Assembly: GCA_020184695.1 (NCBI GenBank)
Contig: JAANOX010000081.1
Coordinates: 124,001-188,000, forward strand
DNA: 64,000 nt
Direction of reading: 5' to 3'
Source: Histomonas meleagridis 2922-C6/04-290x
Taxonomy: Eukaryota > Protista > Parabasalia
Below, piece after piece: positions 1-9,496 of this stretch. The notes beneath the pieces were generated by a model. It had not been told where the DNA came from. It ran no database searches and saw only the letters and a program-made list of their open reading frames with translations. The translations under genes and the position numbers were made by a program. Positions within the stretch are counted from its first letter, which is position 1. Each line of letters opens with the position of its first letter.

Positions 1-2100
1 CCAAAACAAACATAAATCTTTTCGATCACGTTCATTTATATCTTTAGTAAATAACAATGTTCGTGATGTAGAAAAATAAGAAATAATTTGTGATGATATA
101 CTTTGTAATTCAATAAGTTGATCAAAATCTTCAAAATTGGATTTAATTGGGAAAATTTTTCCATTTATAATTAATAACGCATCATAATCATTATTTATAA
201 TTTGTTTATTTGGAATTATATAATTTATATTATCTAAAAATGAAATACGAATTGGAATTTTATAATTATCATTAAAATAATTTTTAAGTTTTGTTTCAAT
301 GATTTCTTTGTTACGTAACGAATATAACCAAATAGTTGATAATGGAAACTCTTTATCTTCATAAATATATTTAATAGATTTTAACATTTCACAAAATTCT
401 TTTTGTTTTTTTTGATTTTCTTTAATTAAATTTATTGCAATTGGTGAGTTTTCATTTAGATCAAAAACTTTTTTAGTAAATGTTTTACTATAACTAAAAA
501 TAGTATCTAAAACATCACCATTAAATTGTGGATTTAAAAACTCACGAAGAAAACTTACAAATTCCATAGCATAATACTCAATCGATTCAAGTGATTCATA
601 GCCTTCATAAAGATTTCCATTTACCCATAATGATGGCGATTTAAAACCAGTTTTGTTATACCACTCAATTTGTTTTTCTAAAGAATTCGGTATATACTCA
701 TTCCATTTCTTTTGTGTTATTTCTTCATAAGTTTCAGAAAAACATTCCTCTATATCATTACTATAATCCTTAGATGAGATTTTAGAAAGAAGTGAACTTA
801 ACGACTTCACTTCATTTATGAAACCGTTTATTTTAACGGATTTTTGATTTGATGAATTTGGAGACAAAATGACTCCAAATCTTGCAGCAAAACCTTTTGT
901 AATTAGCTTATAAACAGATATTAAAGAATCTAAATCACCTTTTAATGATGGGTCAATGATTAAAATAATATTAATAAGATTTTTTCGGATTTTTGGCGGA
1001 TTTTTTAAAACACCAAAAAGTGAAGTGAGTTTATGCTGCCACTTTTTGTAACCTTTGTCTTTTTCGAGATTATTAAGCCAAATAATTGGACCATCACGAA
1101 TATCATAGACTGGTTTAGGATTACTAAATTCTAATTGGGTAAGAAAATCAATTGATGCATTAGATAAATGAAAATTCTCTTCTAAAGTTTTTCGTAACGT
1201 TATCTCTTCATGTAATATAGTTGCAAATGTGAAAGGATCAAATGTTTCAATGGGAATTAAACGGCCATTCATAGCAAAAGCATTTTCTCCTGCTTGGATT
1301 TGATCATTATTAAATTCATCAATTTCAGCTTCAAGATCATAATCAATTTCTGTGTTAGAAACAACAGAAGCAGACACAGGCCAGTTATGTGAAATGTTTC
1401 GTAATACTTTGATTTTTTCGTTTTTGTTGATTTTATTATTAATGAATGAGAAAAATGTTTGTCGAAGTCTTTTTGGTGATAGTTGCTGAACTTGCGCGAT
1501 CCCAGTGTCGTTATGATAAATACTAGTTTCATCATAAGTTGGAGGAATAGAAGTGTTAAATGAATTTTGTGAATTTTTTACGTTATATTCCATTGAGTAT
1601 TTGAAAGGTCGCATTTCGATTCCAAAACCATTAAGTGGTTGTTTTCTATTAGTGGTACTGGGCGTTGTAGGACGAATTACACATTCATCACTCTTGATTT
1701 TGAACGATTTTGAAAAATCAATGAATTGATGACACGAAAATTGTGGTTCAAATTCATATTGAACATGTTCTTTTGCATTTTTTGTTTTACGATAAAATTC
1801 GATTCTAGGTGAAAAGTAATGAAAATTTAGTAGATATTTTAAAAATGATAATTGAAATTCTGTAAGACACCCTGAATATAATTCACTAACTTCTGCTGTA
1901 CCTTCAGGAATTTTTTTCAGATTCTTGATGGTTGAAATAAGACAAGAATATTTTTCTGGATAAAATTCATTAAAAAAATTAATTGATTCAGAAAAAGAAT
2001 CAGTTTCTTCCCAGTTTGCATTTAAAGAAATATTAATCATTTTTTTGGTTGTGAAATTCACATTATGTGAAAATGCAACAAAAAGAAGAAAAAAGATCAT
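1..2100 (-). CDS. UGGT: UDP-glucose:glycoprotein glucosyltransferase, N-terminal 700 codons; 3' end lies beyond the left window edge
   Basis: Not in the ORF track because it has no stop in the window. ATG at 2100 starts MIFFLLFVAFS (signal peptide-like). I found no stop when translating from 2100 toward position 1 (1-900 checked codon by codon). UGGT-like motifs: YFSPRIEFY, LNGFGIEMRPFKYSMEY, IIWLNNLEKDKGYKKW, IRKNLINIILIIDP, ALLIINGKIF. Confidence 0.8.
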   Translation of the reverse strand, partial: MIFFLLFVAFSHNVNFTTKKMINISLNANWEETDSFSESINFFNEFYPEKYSCLISTIKNLKKIPEGTAEVSELYSGCLTEFQLSFLKYLLNFHYFSPRIEFYRKTKNAKEHVQYEFEPQFSCHQFIDFSKSFKIKSDECVIRPTTPSTTNRKQPLNGFGIEMRPFKYSMEYNVKNSQNSFNTSIPPTYDETSIYHNDTGIAQVQQLSPKRLRQTFFSFINNKINKNEKIKVLRNISHNWPVSASVVSNTEIDYDLEAEIDEFNNDQIQAGENAFAMNGRLIPIETFDPFTFATILHEEITLRKTLEENFHLSNASIDFLTQLEFSNPKPVYDIRDGPIIWLNNLEKDKGYKKWQHKLTSLFGVLKNPPKIRKNLINIILIIDPSLKGDLDSLISVYKLITKGFAARFGVILSPNSSNQKSVKINGFINEVKSLSSLLSKISSKDYSNDIEECFSETYEEITQKKWNEYIPNSLEKQIEWYNKTGFKSPSLWVNGNLYEGYESLESIEYYAMEFVSFLREFLNPQFNGDVLDTIFSYSKTFTKKVFDLNENSPIAINLIKENQKKQKEFCEMLKSIKYIYEDKEFPLSTIWLYSLRNKEIIETKLKNYFNDNYKIPIRISFLDNINYIIPNKQIINNDYDALLIINGKIFPIKSNFEDFDQLIELQSISSQIISYFSTSRTLLFTKDINERDRKDLCLFW

Positions 2101-2149
2101 TTTATTAAACGGTCATTTAATAAAAGACGATAAGTTTAAGCTCTACATT

Positions 2150-3529
2150 ATGAAGGTTGCTATTAACATTGATGCTCATCAAACCATTCAACTAAATTTT
2201 ATTTTTGGTATTAAGGACAATGACACTCTGTCATTTAGAGATGAAGATGACGAAGAAATTATTTCAGACAAATTATCTCGTTTTTCCTCAATTAAAGTTA
2301 ATGATAATAATCCATTAAAAATAACATTAATTGGCCAACGTAGTTCGTTGGACATTACATTTGAAAATGAAAATGATGTTAGCGATTTTTTCTCATTTGT
2401 TAAAAATAGTGTAAAAAAAATGTCTGTTCTTCCAGGTCCATCTAGAGTGTTTTCACTACAATTCGAAGATCGTCCTACTGGCCTTTCATCTTATGTTGCA
2501 CCAGCAATTAAAATTATTGATAAAACTTATAATAGCGTTAAACATTTTGTCGGCTTTTCCACCAACGAAACCAAAGAAGAACAAGTCGATGAACCTAATG
2601 GAGTTACACTTGGTTATATTACTCGAAGTATCTCAGATGAAAATGTTGATGACCAAAGCAATTCCCAACAATCCAATTTACCAACAGACCTTAATGACAG
2701 CCAGCTTTATCTTTTATGGTGTAACAAACTTAATAGTTCAGAGGCCCAACTTTCTGATTATCAAAAACTTTCTGTTCAATGGAAAACTCTACTAAAAGTT
2801 CAATGGGAACATTCCTTTGCCCTCCGTAGCTTTACTGTTTCATGTGAAGCCGCCATCGAGCAATCACATATCCTTTCGAAATCACCATATGATCAATTAT
2901 CATTTAACGTATTAATATCACTTTTCACATTTCATTTTTCACGTGTTCCATTTAATTCTTTGTTTATACCATTTCTTGAGATTATTATTCAGACATTTAT
3001 TAAATCTAATGACGGAACAGATTCGTTTATAATGAACGATGACAAGACATATAACTTGGAAGAGACAAGTTCGATATGTTTTTGGGCCTTTAAAACGTTT
3101 TCCGAAATCTTTTTGATTGTTCCCAAGAAAAAAAATCCCATTCAAGAGATGTATCTTGGAGTGAAGACAACACTTCAAATGATATCACCATCGACTGCAT
3201 CGATGCTTCAAAAGCGTAAAATTAATTCATTAGACTTTTGTTCGAAAGATATTAATAATTTGTTTGTGAGAGATCGTACTTTAAAGGAATCGCAAATGTA
3301 TTTGACTGCATTAATACTTGCGGATGATAAAACAAGATTTTTGCAGTGCACTTTATGCGCAGTGTTGGCTCTGATGCAAGAAAGACTTGAGGAAACACCT
3401 GAGGGAGATATAAATGCTTTCCAGAGAATGTTCGAGTCGCAATTGCCTACAATAGATATGAAATTGATTTTATATAATGTAAAAAATTTGATGGGATTTA
3501 AAGAAGATGAAGAGAAACACGAAATATGA
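2150..3529 (+). CDS. TBC1D15/Gyp7-like Rab-GAP family protein with degenerate TBC domain
   Basis: First in-frame ATG is 2150; the track start at 2045 is a TTG overlapping the UGGT start. YQKLSVQWKTLLKVQW and FWAF resemble TBC-domain framework. The IxxDxxR and YxQ fingers are not recognisable. Confidence 0.5.
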   Translation: MKVAINIDAHQTIQLNFIFGIKDNDTLSFRDEDDEEIISDKLSRFSSIKVNDNNPLKITLIGQRSSLDITFENENDVSDFFSFVKNSVKKMSVLPGPSRVFSLQFEDRPTGLSSYVAPAIKIIDKTYNSVKHFVGFSTNETKEEQVDEPNGVTLGYITRSISDENVDDQSNSQQSNLPTDLNDSQLYLLWCNKLNSSEAQLSDYQKLSVQWKTLLKVQWEHSFALRSFTVSCEAAIEQSHILSKSPYDQLSFNVLISLFTFHFSRVPFNSLFIPFLEIIIQTFIKSNDGTDSFIMNDDKTYNLEETSSICFWAFKTFSEIFLIVPKKKNPIQEMYLGVKTTLQMISPSTASMLQKRKINSLDFCSKDINNLFVRDRTLKESQMYLTALILADDKTRFLQCTLCAVLALMQERLEETPEGDINAFQRMFESQLPTIDMKLILYNVKNLMGFKEDEEKHEI

Positions 3530-4079
3530 ACTTTATAATTAAATCATCTTTCAATTGTGTAATTTTATTTACTTTAGATATGAAGTTTGAATAAGAAAAA
3601 TTTAGGAGTTTAAAACACAGTAAACAACAATTGAATTTTTATGTTTGATGATATTAATTTCAATGGAACTTATTTAGTTTTTGATCTGATAAAAGGAAAA
3701 TTCAATTTTATTAATTATAAATTCAAGTATTTTATGAAATCGGAGAAATTCATGTGATAATTTTTCCCACATCTTTTTCTTTTAAATTTTCATAAGTTCA
3801 AGTTTTTAAAAATTATGGACAGATATGCACCTTCATTATTTATAACCAAAGAAAGCAAGCTGATTCATAGATGGAAGTAAATCATTTACTTTTTTATCAA
3901 ATGCGTGATTAATTGATAAAAATCATATTTCAAAAACATTATATATCATAAATTGAAAATATTAGTAAAAACTAGAATGAATTACATTGAAGAAAATAAT
4001 ATCTTATTCCAATGTTTATACAATTAATTGATAAGAACCGTTTTGCATTGCGGTTGTTTAGAGACCGTTAAAAGTACCA

Positions 4080-4661
4080 ATGATTGGAAATTTATACAAA
4101 TTCTTTGGTTTTAAGACATGCAAATGTTTCAACAAACCAAGAAATATTAGGATTGTTATGGTTGGAGTTCGTGCTTCAGGGAAAACAGTCATTTTGAATA
4201 GAATCAAATTAAATGAATTCAAACAATCTATCCATACAATGAATTTTAACATTGAAAATATTACATTTAAAGGGCTTGATGTGGATGTTTGGGATATTGG
4301 AGATTCTGGAGATAGAATTCGTCCTCTTTGGTGTCATTTTTATTATAATGCTGATGGATTTATATATGTTGTAGACTCTAGTGATATTGTTAATATTAAT
4401 GAATCGAGATACGTACTTAGTGAGTCTGTTTTAGAAAAGATTGAAATTCCAAATCCCATTATGCTTGTATATGCAAACAAGCAAGATCTTCCAAATTCAC
4501 ACACACCAAGCGAAATTGGAGAATCACTTCAACTAGGTAATGTTCCAAATCTTACATGGAAAGTTCAAGGAGCGAGTGCAAAAACCGGCGATGGAATCTT
4601 TGAAGGATTCGAATGGCTCATTGAACAAATCAAGGCACGTGGTTTTATATATGATTTTTAA
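4080..4661 (+). CDS. ADP-ribosylation factor (Arf/Arl) family GTPase, atypical
   Basis: GVRASGKT P-loop, VWDIG, IRPLWCHFY, ANKQDL, GASAKTGDGIFEGFEWL. Confidence 0.9.
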   Translation: MIGNLYKFFGFKTCKCFNKPRNIRIVMVGVRASGKTVILNRIKLNEFKQSIHTMNFNIENITFKGLDVDVWDIGDSGDRIRPLWCHFYYNADGFIYVVDSSDIVNINESRYVLSESVLEKIEIPNPIMLVYANKQDLPNSHTPSEIGESLQLGNVPNLTWKVQGASAKTGDGIFEGFEWLIEQIKARGFIYDF

Positions 4662-4712
4662 TGTTTAAAAAAATTTATTTTTTTTATGAATTCTGTCAAC
4701 CAAGTGAAATAA

Positions 4713-4725
4713 AAAGTGACACTTA
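4713..4725 (+). promoter_or_regulatory. AAAGTGAC (T. vaginalis M2-like) core promoter motif with overlapping ACACTT Inr-like site; probable promoter of the snoRNA host
   Basis: AAAGTGACACTTA. The same arrangement, AAAGTGACACTTT, lies directly before the ATG at 27116. Confidence 0.55.
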
Positions 4726-4808
4726 GCCAGAAAATTCTATAATAAAACACCCATACATTTTAGGGTTTTGAAAATTGGACCATTTGGCTGACCATATTTG
4801 CAAAAAGC

Positions 4809-4901
4809 GTATGTTTCTTTGCCTCTGATGATTTTTTCAGCCTTGTCGGAAATGTGATGACGCGAAGCATCTGAGGCGGATAATTATAAACTAACACATA
4901 G
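4809..4901 (+). other. Spliceosomal intron (93 nt), parabasalid type, in a non-coding host transcript
   Basis: 5' site GTATGT at 4809. ACTAACACATAG at 4890-4901 matches the fused branch point/3' splice site motif ACTAACACACAG of T. vaginalis introns with one mismatch. Confidence 0.75.
4821..4877 (+). ncRNA. Box C/D snoRNA, predicted guide for 2'-O-methylation of the SSU rRNA G in CAA(G)GCUGAAA
   Basis: Terminal stem GCCTC/GAGGC; C box TGATGA 4826-4831; guide TTTCAGCCTTG 4835-4845; D' CGGA 4847-4850; C' TGATGA 4855-4860; D box CTGA 4871-4874. Confidence 0.8.
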
Positions 4902-5260
4902 TGAATATTTAAGATCATCTTCCACAATATATTATTAATAAAATTTACTACATCTTTATTTCAAAGCTTATCTTTTTCAATTTTTTTAATATCTTTGGTA
5001 TGGAGTTATTAAAAATCCTTCCAATAGTCATTTATTCATTGAACTTAGATTTTTCAGACAGAATAAATTCTGAGGATCTGATAATAAAATTATGCTAATG
5101 TATCATATATAACGACATTTTGAAGCTCGAGATCAAAAGAACTTTTCCATCGGAAGCTAAACAGCAGCTGATCGACAAATTGAATTTTCTGACCTTTTCT
5201 CTTTGAATTTCAAATGAGGGAGGTAAAAGCAGAAAAGTAATTTCAGTTCACAAAATACAA

Positions 5261-5860
5261 ATGAATACTCCTGATAAAAGCGGATCCTTTAAAGTTATCA
5301 TAGTTGGGGAATCTTTTGTTGGAAAAACATCGATTATAAAATGTTTGACTGAAAATGATTTTCGAATTAATGAACAAAATACTGTCAATGCTTCCTACAA
5401 TGATGTCATTATTCCAACATCTCACGGGCCAGCACAACTTGCAATTTGGGATACAGCAGGAACAGAGAGATTTCAATCTTTAATTCCATCTTATACAAGA
5501 AACGCAGACGCTGTTGTAATTGTTATGTCAATGTCAGATGCTGATTCCTTTGGAAGGGGTAAGGAATGGCTAGATTGCGCTCTTAAACCTCTTTCTTATG
5601 TTCCACAATTAATGGTTCTTGTTAATAAGAGCGATCTTGATCCAGTCATCAAACTTTCTGATGTTAAGGAATGGGCTGAAGAAAAAGGTATGCTTTATTT
5701 CGAAACTTCAGCTAAAACAGGTTATCAAGTTTCAGAATCTTTCCAAAGTCTTGCTGAAGAACTTGTCAAAAATGCACAAAAAGGAAATTCCACATATTTA
5801 GAATCTACTGAAGGTATAAGTCTGAATTCTATCAATGATACCTCCAAAAGTTGTTGTTAA
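5261..5860 (+). CDS. Rab family GTPase
   Basis: GESFVGKT, WDTAGTERF, NKSD, ETSAK, C-terminal SCC prenylation motif. Confidence 0.95.
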   Translation: MNTPDKSGSFKVIIVGESFVGKTSIIKCLTENDFRINEQNTVNASYNDVIIPTSHGPAQLAIWDTAGTERFQSLIPSYTRNADAVVIVMSMSDADSFGRGKEWLDCALKPLSYVPQLMVLVNKSDLDPVIKLSDVKEWAEEKGMLYFETSAKTGYQVSESFQSLAEELVKNAQKGNSTYLESTEGISLNSINDTSKSCC

Positions 5861-5884
5861 ATCACTTTAAACAAATTTGTTTTT

Positions 5885-7291
5885 TTATTGATCACCCTCC
5901 TCTACAAATGTGTCAACTATAGTTGTAATCCTATCTATAAGATATCTTAAACTAATATCATCAGGATCCAATCCTGAATGTATTAGATCCAAAAAATCAT
6001 CATTAGCAAATTTTTCAACAGCCCATTGATTTGATGCTAGAAATGGAGCTAAGAACTCTATTATCTTACATTGAATTTCTGGATCTAGAGTCATTAATAA
6101 ATCCACAAACATTTCAACAACATCATCACTGAAAAGCTGTTCAAAATCATCGGTTTTTTGATTGAAAAAAGTTATTATCAAAAAGCCGATTTCGACTTTA
6201 ATGTGAAGTGAAGCGCCTTCGAAAACAGCTAAAATCGCACCAACTCCATTACCATTTGCAAATATCTGTGCGTTTGATCTTTTTAATGCAATGAAGTTGT
6301 TTAACAGGATAACTGCACCTCTAGAAATATTTATAGTAGGGCAATTTACCATTTGAAAAAGATCATCAATTGGGAAAAAACGCTGCAAAATTCTTTGCTT
6401 TGATTCAACTTCAGTCCTAAACATAATAGCGTAAACGTAAAGTGCTATTGAAACTATTTGTTCATTATTATCATATAAACATTTGTGAATTAGTTTAATA
6501 AACTCTTTATCTATGAAATCTTCCATATGTATATGTGAGTTTTTAAACCAAAAGTAAACACACCACATCGAGAAAACTCGTGTTCTCTCATCTCCATTTT
6601 TAATATAAAAAGGAATATATTTGAAAAACGTTGCGTTTGTTTCACTTTTAGAGATTTCAACATATCGAAGAATATTCATTAATGAAATAGGAATAAAAAA
6701 GGAATCATCCGACTCTAAACTATATGCTTTTGAAACTATGTGCGAAAAAACTTCTGTAGTGTTATCAAGAAGATATTTTGCACTGATTGATGATAAATTA
6801 TATGAACAAAGAAGAAATAAAATTTGTTGACCTTTATCAAGAAATTGATTCCGCGCATGCATTATTGCTTCTACACCATAATTATTATAAAAAAGTTGGC
6901 AAAATTGGTCTGATTTGGCTGTTAAATTAATAAATAACTCAAATATATATGGTATAAATGGAAGTGGTATTGTATGATTAGAAAGATTAATAAGAAAAAT
7001 AGCAATTTTGGATTGCATTAAAAAACTAAAGTAATTGGTGAAATCGACATTTGGAAGTGAAAAATGATATGTTACTGCTTGAATGTGATTAATCATTTCG
7101 AGTATATTTCCTAATTTATATGATTCAATTATAAGTTGAAGTTCTTGTTGATATGCCGGAAATGCTAAAAAATTTTGTTCATTTGGAACATAGTCATCAA
7201 GGTATTCATTAGAATAATCTCGTAGTTCCGAAAGTAATAAAATCCTTTTGAGGTGCGCAGATTTTGAAATTTTTTGCTTCTTGAATTGCAT
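5885..7291 (-). CDS. ARM/HEAT-repeat protein, importin-alpha-like fold
   Basis: First in-frame ATG at 7291 (track start is TTG). Helical repeats such as IFELFINLT, VFSMWCVYFW, AVILLNNFI, NGVGAIL. Confidence 0.55.
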   Translation of the reverse strand: MQFKKQKISKSAHLKRILLLSELRDYSNEYLDDYVPNEQNFLAFPAYQQELQLIIESYKLGNILEMINHIQAVTYHFSLPNVDFTNYFSFLMQSKIAIFLINLSNHTIPLPFIPYIFELFINLTAKSDQFCQLFYNNYGVEAIMHARNQFLDKGQQILFLLCSYNLSSISAKYLLDNTTEVFSHIVSKAYSLESDDSFFIPISLMNILRYVEISKSETNATFFKYIPFYIKNGDERTRVFSMWCVYFWFKNSHIHMEDFIDKEFIKLIHKCLYDNNEQIVSIALYVYAIMFRTEVESKQRILQRFFPIDDLFQMVNCPTINISRGAVILLNNFIALKRSNAQIFANGNGVGAILAVFEGASLHIKVEIGFLIITFFNQKTDDFEQLFSDDVVEMFVDLLMTLDPEIQCKIIEFLAPFLASNQWAVEKFANDDFLDLIHSGLDPDDISLRYLIDRITTIVDTFVEEGDQ

Positions 7292-7362
7292 TTTGAGATT
7301 TCTGTTCAAAATAATCGGCGTGGCATACAAAATATTAATGAAAAAAAAGTTACTTATAAAGA

Positions 7363-8535
7363 TTATTTAGGAAAATCATGACAATGGTCAATGCTTTTAG
7401 CAATGCTATGCCTAAAGTCATCGAATCTTACTAAAGTTTCATTGAACCCGCTAATTTTAACAGGTTCGCCATTAAATACATATCTCACATAAATTTGTTG
7501 ATCTTTTGCTTTCCATAACTCCATTGATAAGTATGAAGCATAAGGAGGCATGAAATTGTTCAAGTTTCCAAGTGCAACAAGAACAGCTGCAATTGTTGTA
7601 TCGTGAGCACTTAATAATGTGAACTTTTTACCATTCATTGTGGCTATTGATTCGTCTGCTGCCTTAAATGCATTCCGTAATATGTAAGAAGCAGCAAGTC
7701 CAGGTCCATACTTAAGGCGGTTATACCTTTGATATTGGAAATAACCGTTAAATTCATTGCACTTATCGACGACGGTTTTCGTGATGTACTCTGGCATTGG
7801 GTTATCGCTGCATGAGAATGCGGCTAACCATGAGCAGAAATCTTTCACGTTAGCAAGAGTGCAATCACCTCTTCCAAGATTTGTAAGCGATTCTTTTACA
7901 TATTGATATGTATCTTTCACAACAGAAAACATAACTTCACCATTTTCAAATTCTGCTTGGGCTTCATCAAGCTCTTTACATGAATAACCATTGACAACAA
8001 CAGTAGAAGCTGCTTCAGTACCAGTTTGAATTGTGATGACTTCATTTGGATTTGCAGGTTCATAAAGACCATCTATAAATGATTCTGCACTTCTAAAACA
8101 TCTGTCTATTGGTGATGCTATGAATTGAACAACTCTTGGATCTAATTTCTCTGGAAGGAATTTTAATGTATCAACTAAGTATTTGCGGAATGCTTTGCCA
8201 AGCTCAAGATGTTCTTTCATGCCCTCGGTTGTTAAGTCTCCAGTTTGACAACTTGATGGATATTCTGCATATCTTTCATCAATCTTATGGAAAACATAAC
8301 GATAATGCTTAGATGGTGATGTGGATGTTCGAGGCGCGATTAAGTCTGGTTCGTTACATGTCCATTTTCCTCTTTGTGAACGATTTAAGAAAAGTTCAAT
8401 TGGGGATCTCATTCCATGCCTTGTGATAACTTGGATATATACCATTTCCATATCATTCACAGGTTGTGCTTGGGTAGTTGGTGCAAAGCAAGCGAATTCG
8501 TCTGCTATGACAGTGCAAACGATACAAAAAAACAT
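7363..8535 (-). CDS. Histidine acid phosphatase, secreted/lysosomal type
   Basis: RHGMRSP (RHGxRxP) and AHD catalytic motifs; short hydrophobic N-terminus. Confidence 0.95.
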   Translation of the reverse strand: MFFCIVCTVIADEFACFAPTTQAQPVNDMEMVYIQVITRHGMRSPIELFLNRSQRGKWTCNEPDLIAPRTSTSPSKHYRYVFHKIDERYAEYPSSCQTGDLTTEGMKEHLELGKAFRKYLVDTLKFLPEKLDPRVVQFIASPIDRCFRSAESFIDGLYEPANPNEVITIQTGTEAASTVVVNGYSCKELDEAQAEFENGEVMFSVVKDTYQYVKESLTNLGRGDCTLANVKDFCSWLAAFSCSDNPMPEYITKTVVDKCNEFNGYFQYQRYNRLKYGPGLAASYILRNAFKAADESIATMNGKKFTLLSAHDTTIAAVLVALGNLNNFMPPYASYLSMELWKAKDQQIYVRYVFNGEPVKISGFNETLVRFDDFRHSIAKSIDHCHDFPK

Positions 8536-8584
8536 ATATCAATGTAAACCTTTTAAAAAGTGGTATCTTAATAAACCGTTTTTG

Positions 8585-9496
8585 ATGTTGCCTATTGGTT
8601 ACATTGCTTATGACAGGTATAAAGTTTTGGAAAAAATATCACATGGAGCATTTTCTGTAATTTATAAAGTATTTGACCAACAAGAACAAAATGAAAAATG
8701 TCTTAAAGTAGAAATTATTGAAGAAAATTATATTTCAATGATATTACATGAATTTAAAGTATCACAAATGTTTGACTCACCATGCTTATGCAAATCATAT
8801 GAATTTCTCCAAAATGCAATAACCATGGAATTATTGTCTGATAATTTGTCAAGTATTAGACGTAAAAGAATGAATCCACCATCAATCCCATTATTGCTGA
8901 ATATAACTATGCAATGTTTAAGAGCTATTTCTATTATGCATAATATAAATGTAATTCATTGTGATATAAAACCATCAAATTTTGTTATCCGCAAGAAAGA
9001 AAATGATTATGATATTGTTCTTTTAGATTTTGGGCTTTCTCAATATCATGATGAAGATCCCAAAATCACTGAATTTCGATTTAAACTTGATAGAAATCCA
9101 CGCTATTCCACATTACATACAATTGACACGAATGAATGGAATAAAGAAGATGACATTGGAGCATTTATTTATTCCATAAGTGATTTTTGGAAAAATGAAC
9201 TTCCATGGGATGGTCGAACTACAAAAAACACAGTTCTTGAAATTAAGCGCAATTATAACTTAAGCTTATTACTTCCAACTGAACTACATTTCCTTATTCA
9301 ATACATTGATCAATCGGCCGAATTTTTATATAAAAAAGCAGAAGAAGAACTTCAGAAATATAACAGAAATATAGATGAAGAATTTCATTATTTATTTGAT
9401 CCACAAGATAAGAATTGGAAACCTAAATTAGTGAGATATGTTTTTGAAAGGAATCCAAATCAATCCATTAAAAAAGATGATCAGCATTCAGCTTAA
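8585..9496 (+). CDS. CK1/TTBK-like Ser/Thr protein kinase
   Basis: ATG at 8585 (the track 5' extension overlaps the phosphatase gene). SHGAFS, KCLKVE, IHCDIKPSNF, DFGLS, ELPWDG. Confidence 0.85.
   Translation: MLPIGYIAYDRYKVLEKISHGAFSVIYKVFDQQEQNEKCLKVEIIEENYISMILHEFKVSQMFDSPCLCKSYEFLQNAITMELLSDNLSSIRRKRMNPPSIPLLLNITMQCLRAISIMHNINVIHCDIKPSNFVIRKKENDYDIVLLDFGLSQYHDEDPKITEFRFKLDRNPRYSTLHTIDTNEWNKEDDIGAFIYSISDFWKNELPWDGRTTKNTVLEIKRNYNLSLLLPTELHFLIQYIDQSAEFLYKKAEEELQKYNRNIDEEFHYLFDPQDKNWKPKLVRYVFERNPNQSIKKDDQHSA

Noticed and set aside
1269-1535. 88-aa ORF in the track
   Set aside because: Alternative frame inside the much longer UGGT reading frame on the same strand.
2045-2149. 5' extensions of track ORFs (also 8321-8584, 24228-24464, 33165-33227, 59283-59393)
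   Set aside because: They begin at TTG/GTG or run into neighbouring genes or promoters; homology starts at downstream codons.
3646-3689. TGATGA...CTGA pair
   Set aside because: Only 44 nt, AT-rich, with no terminal stem, internal boxes or recognisable guide.
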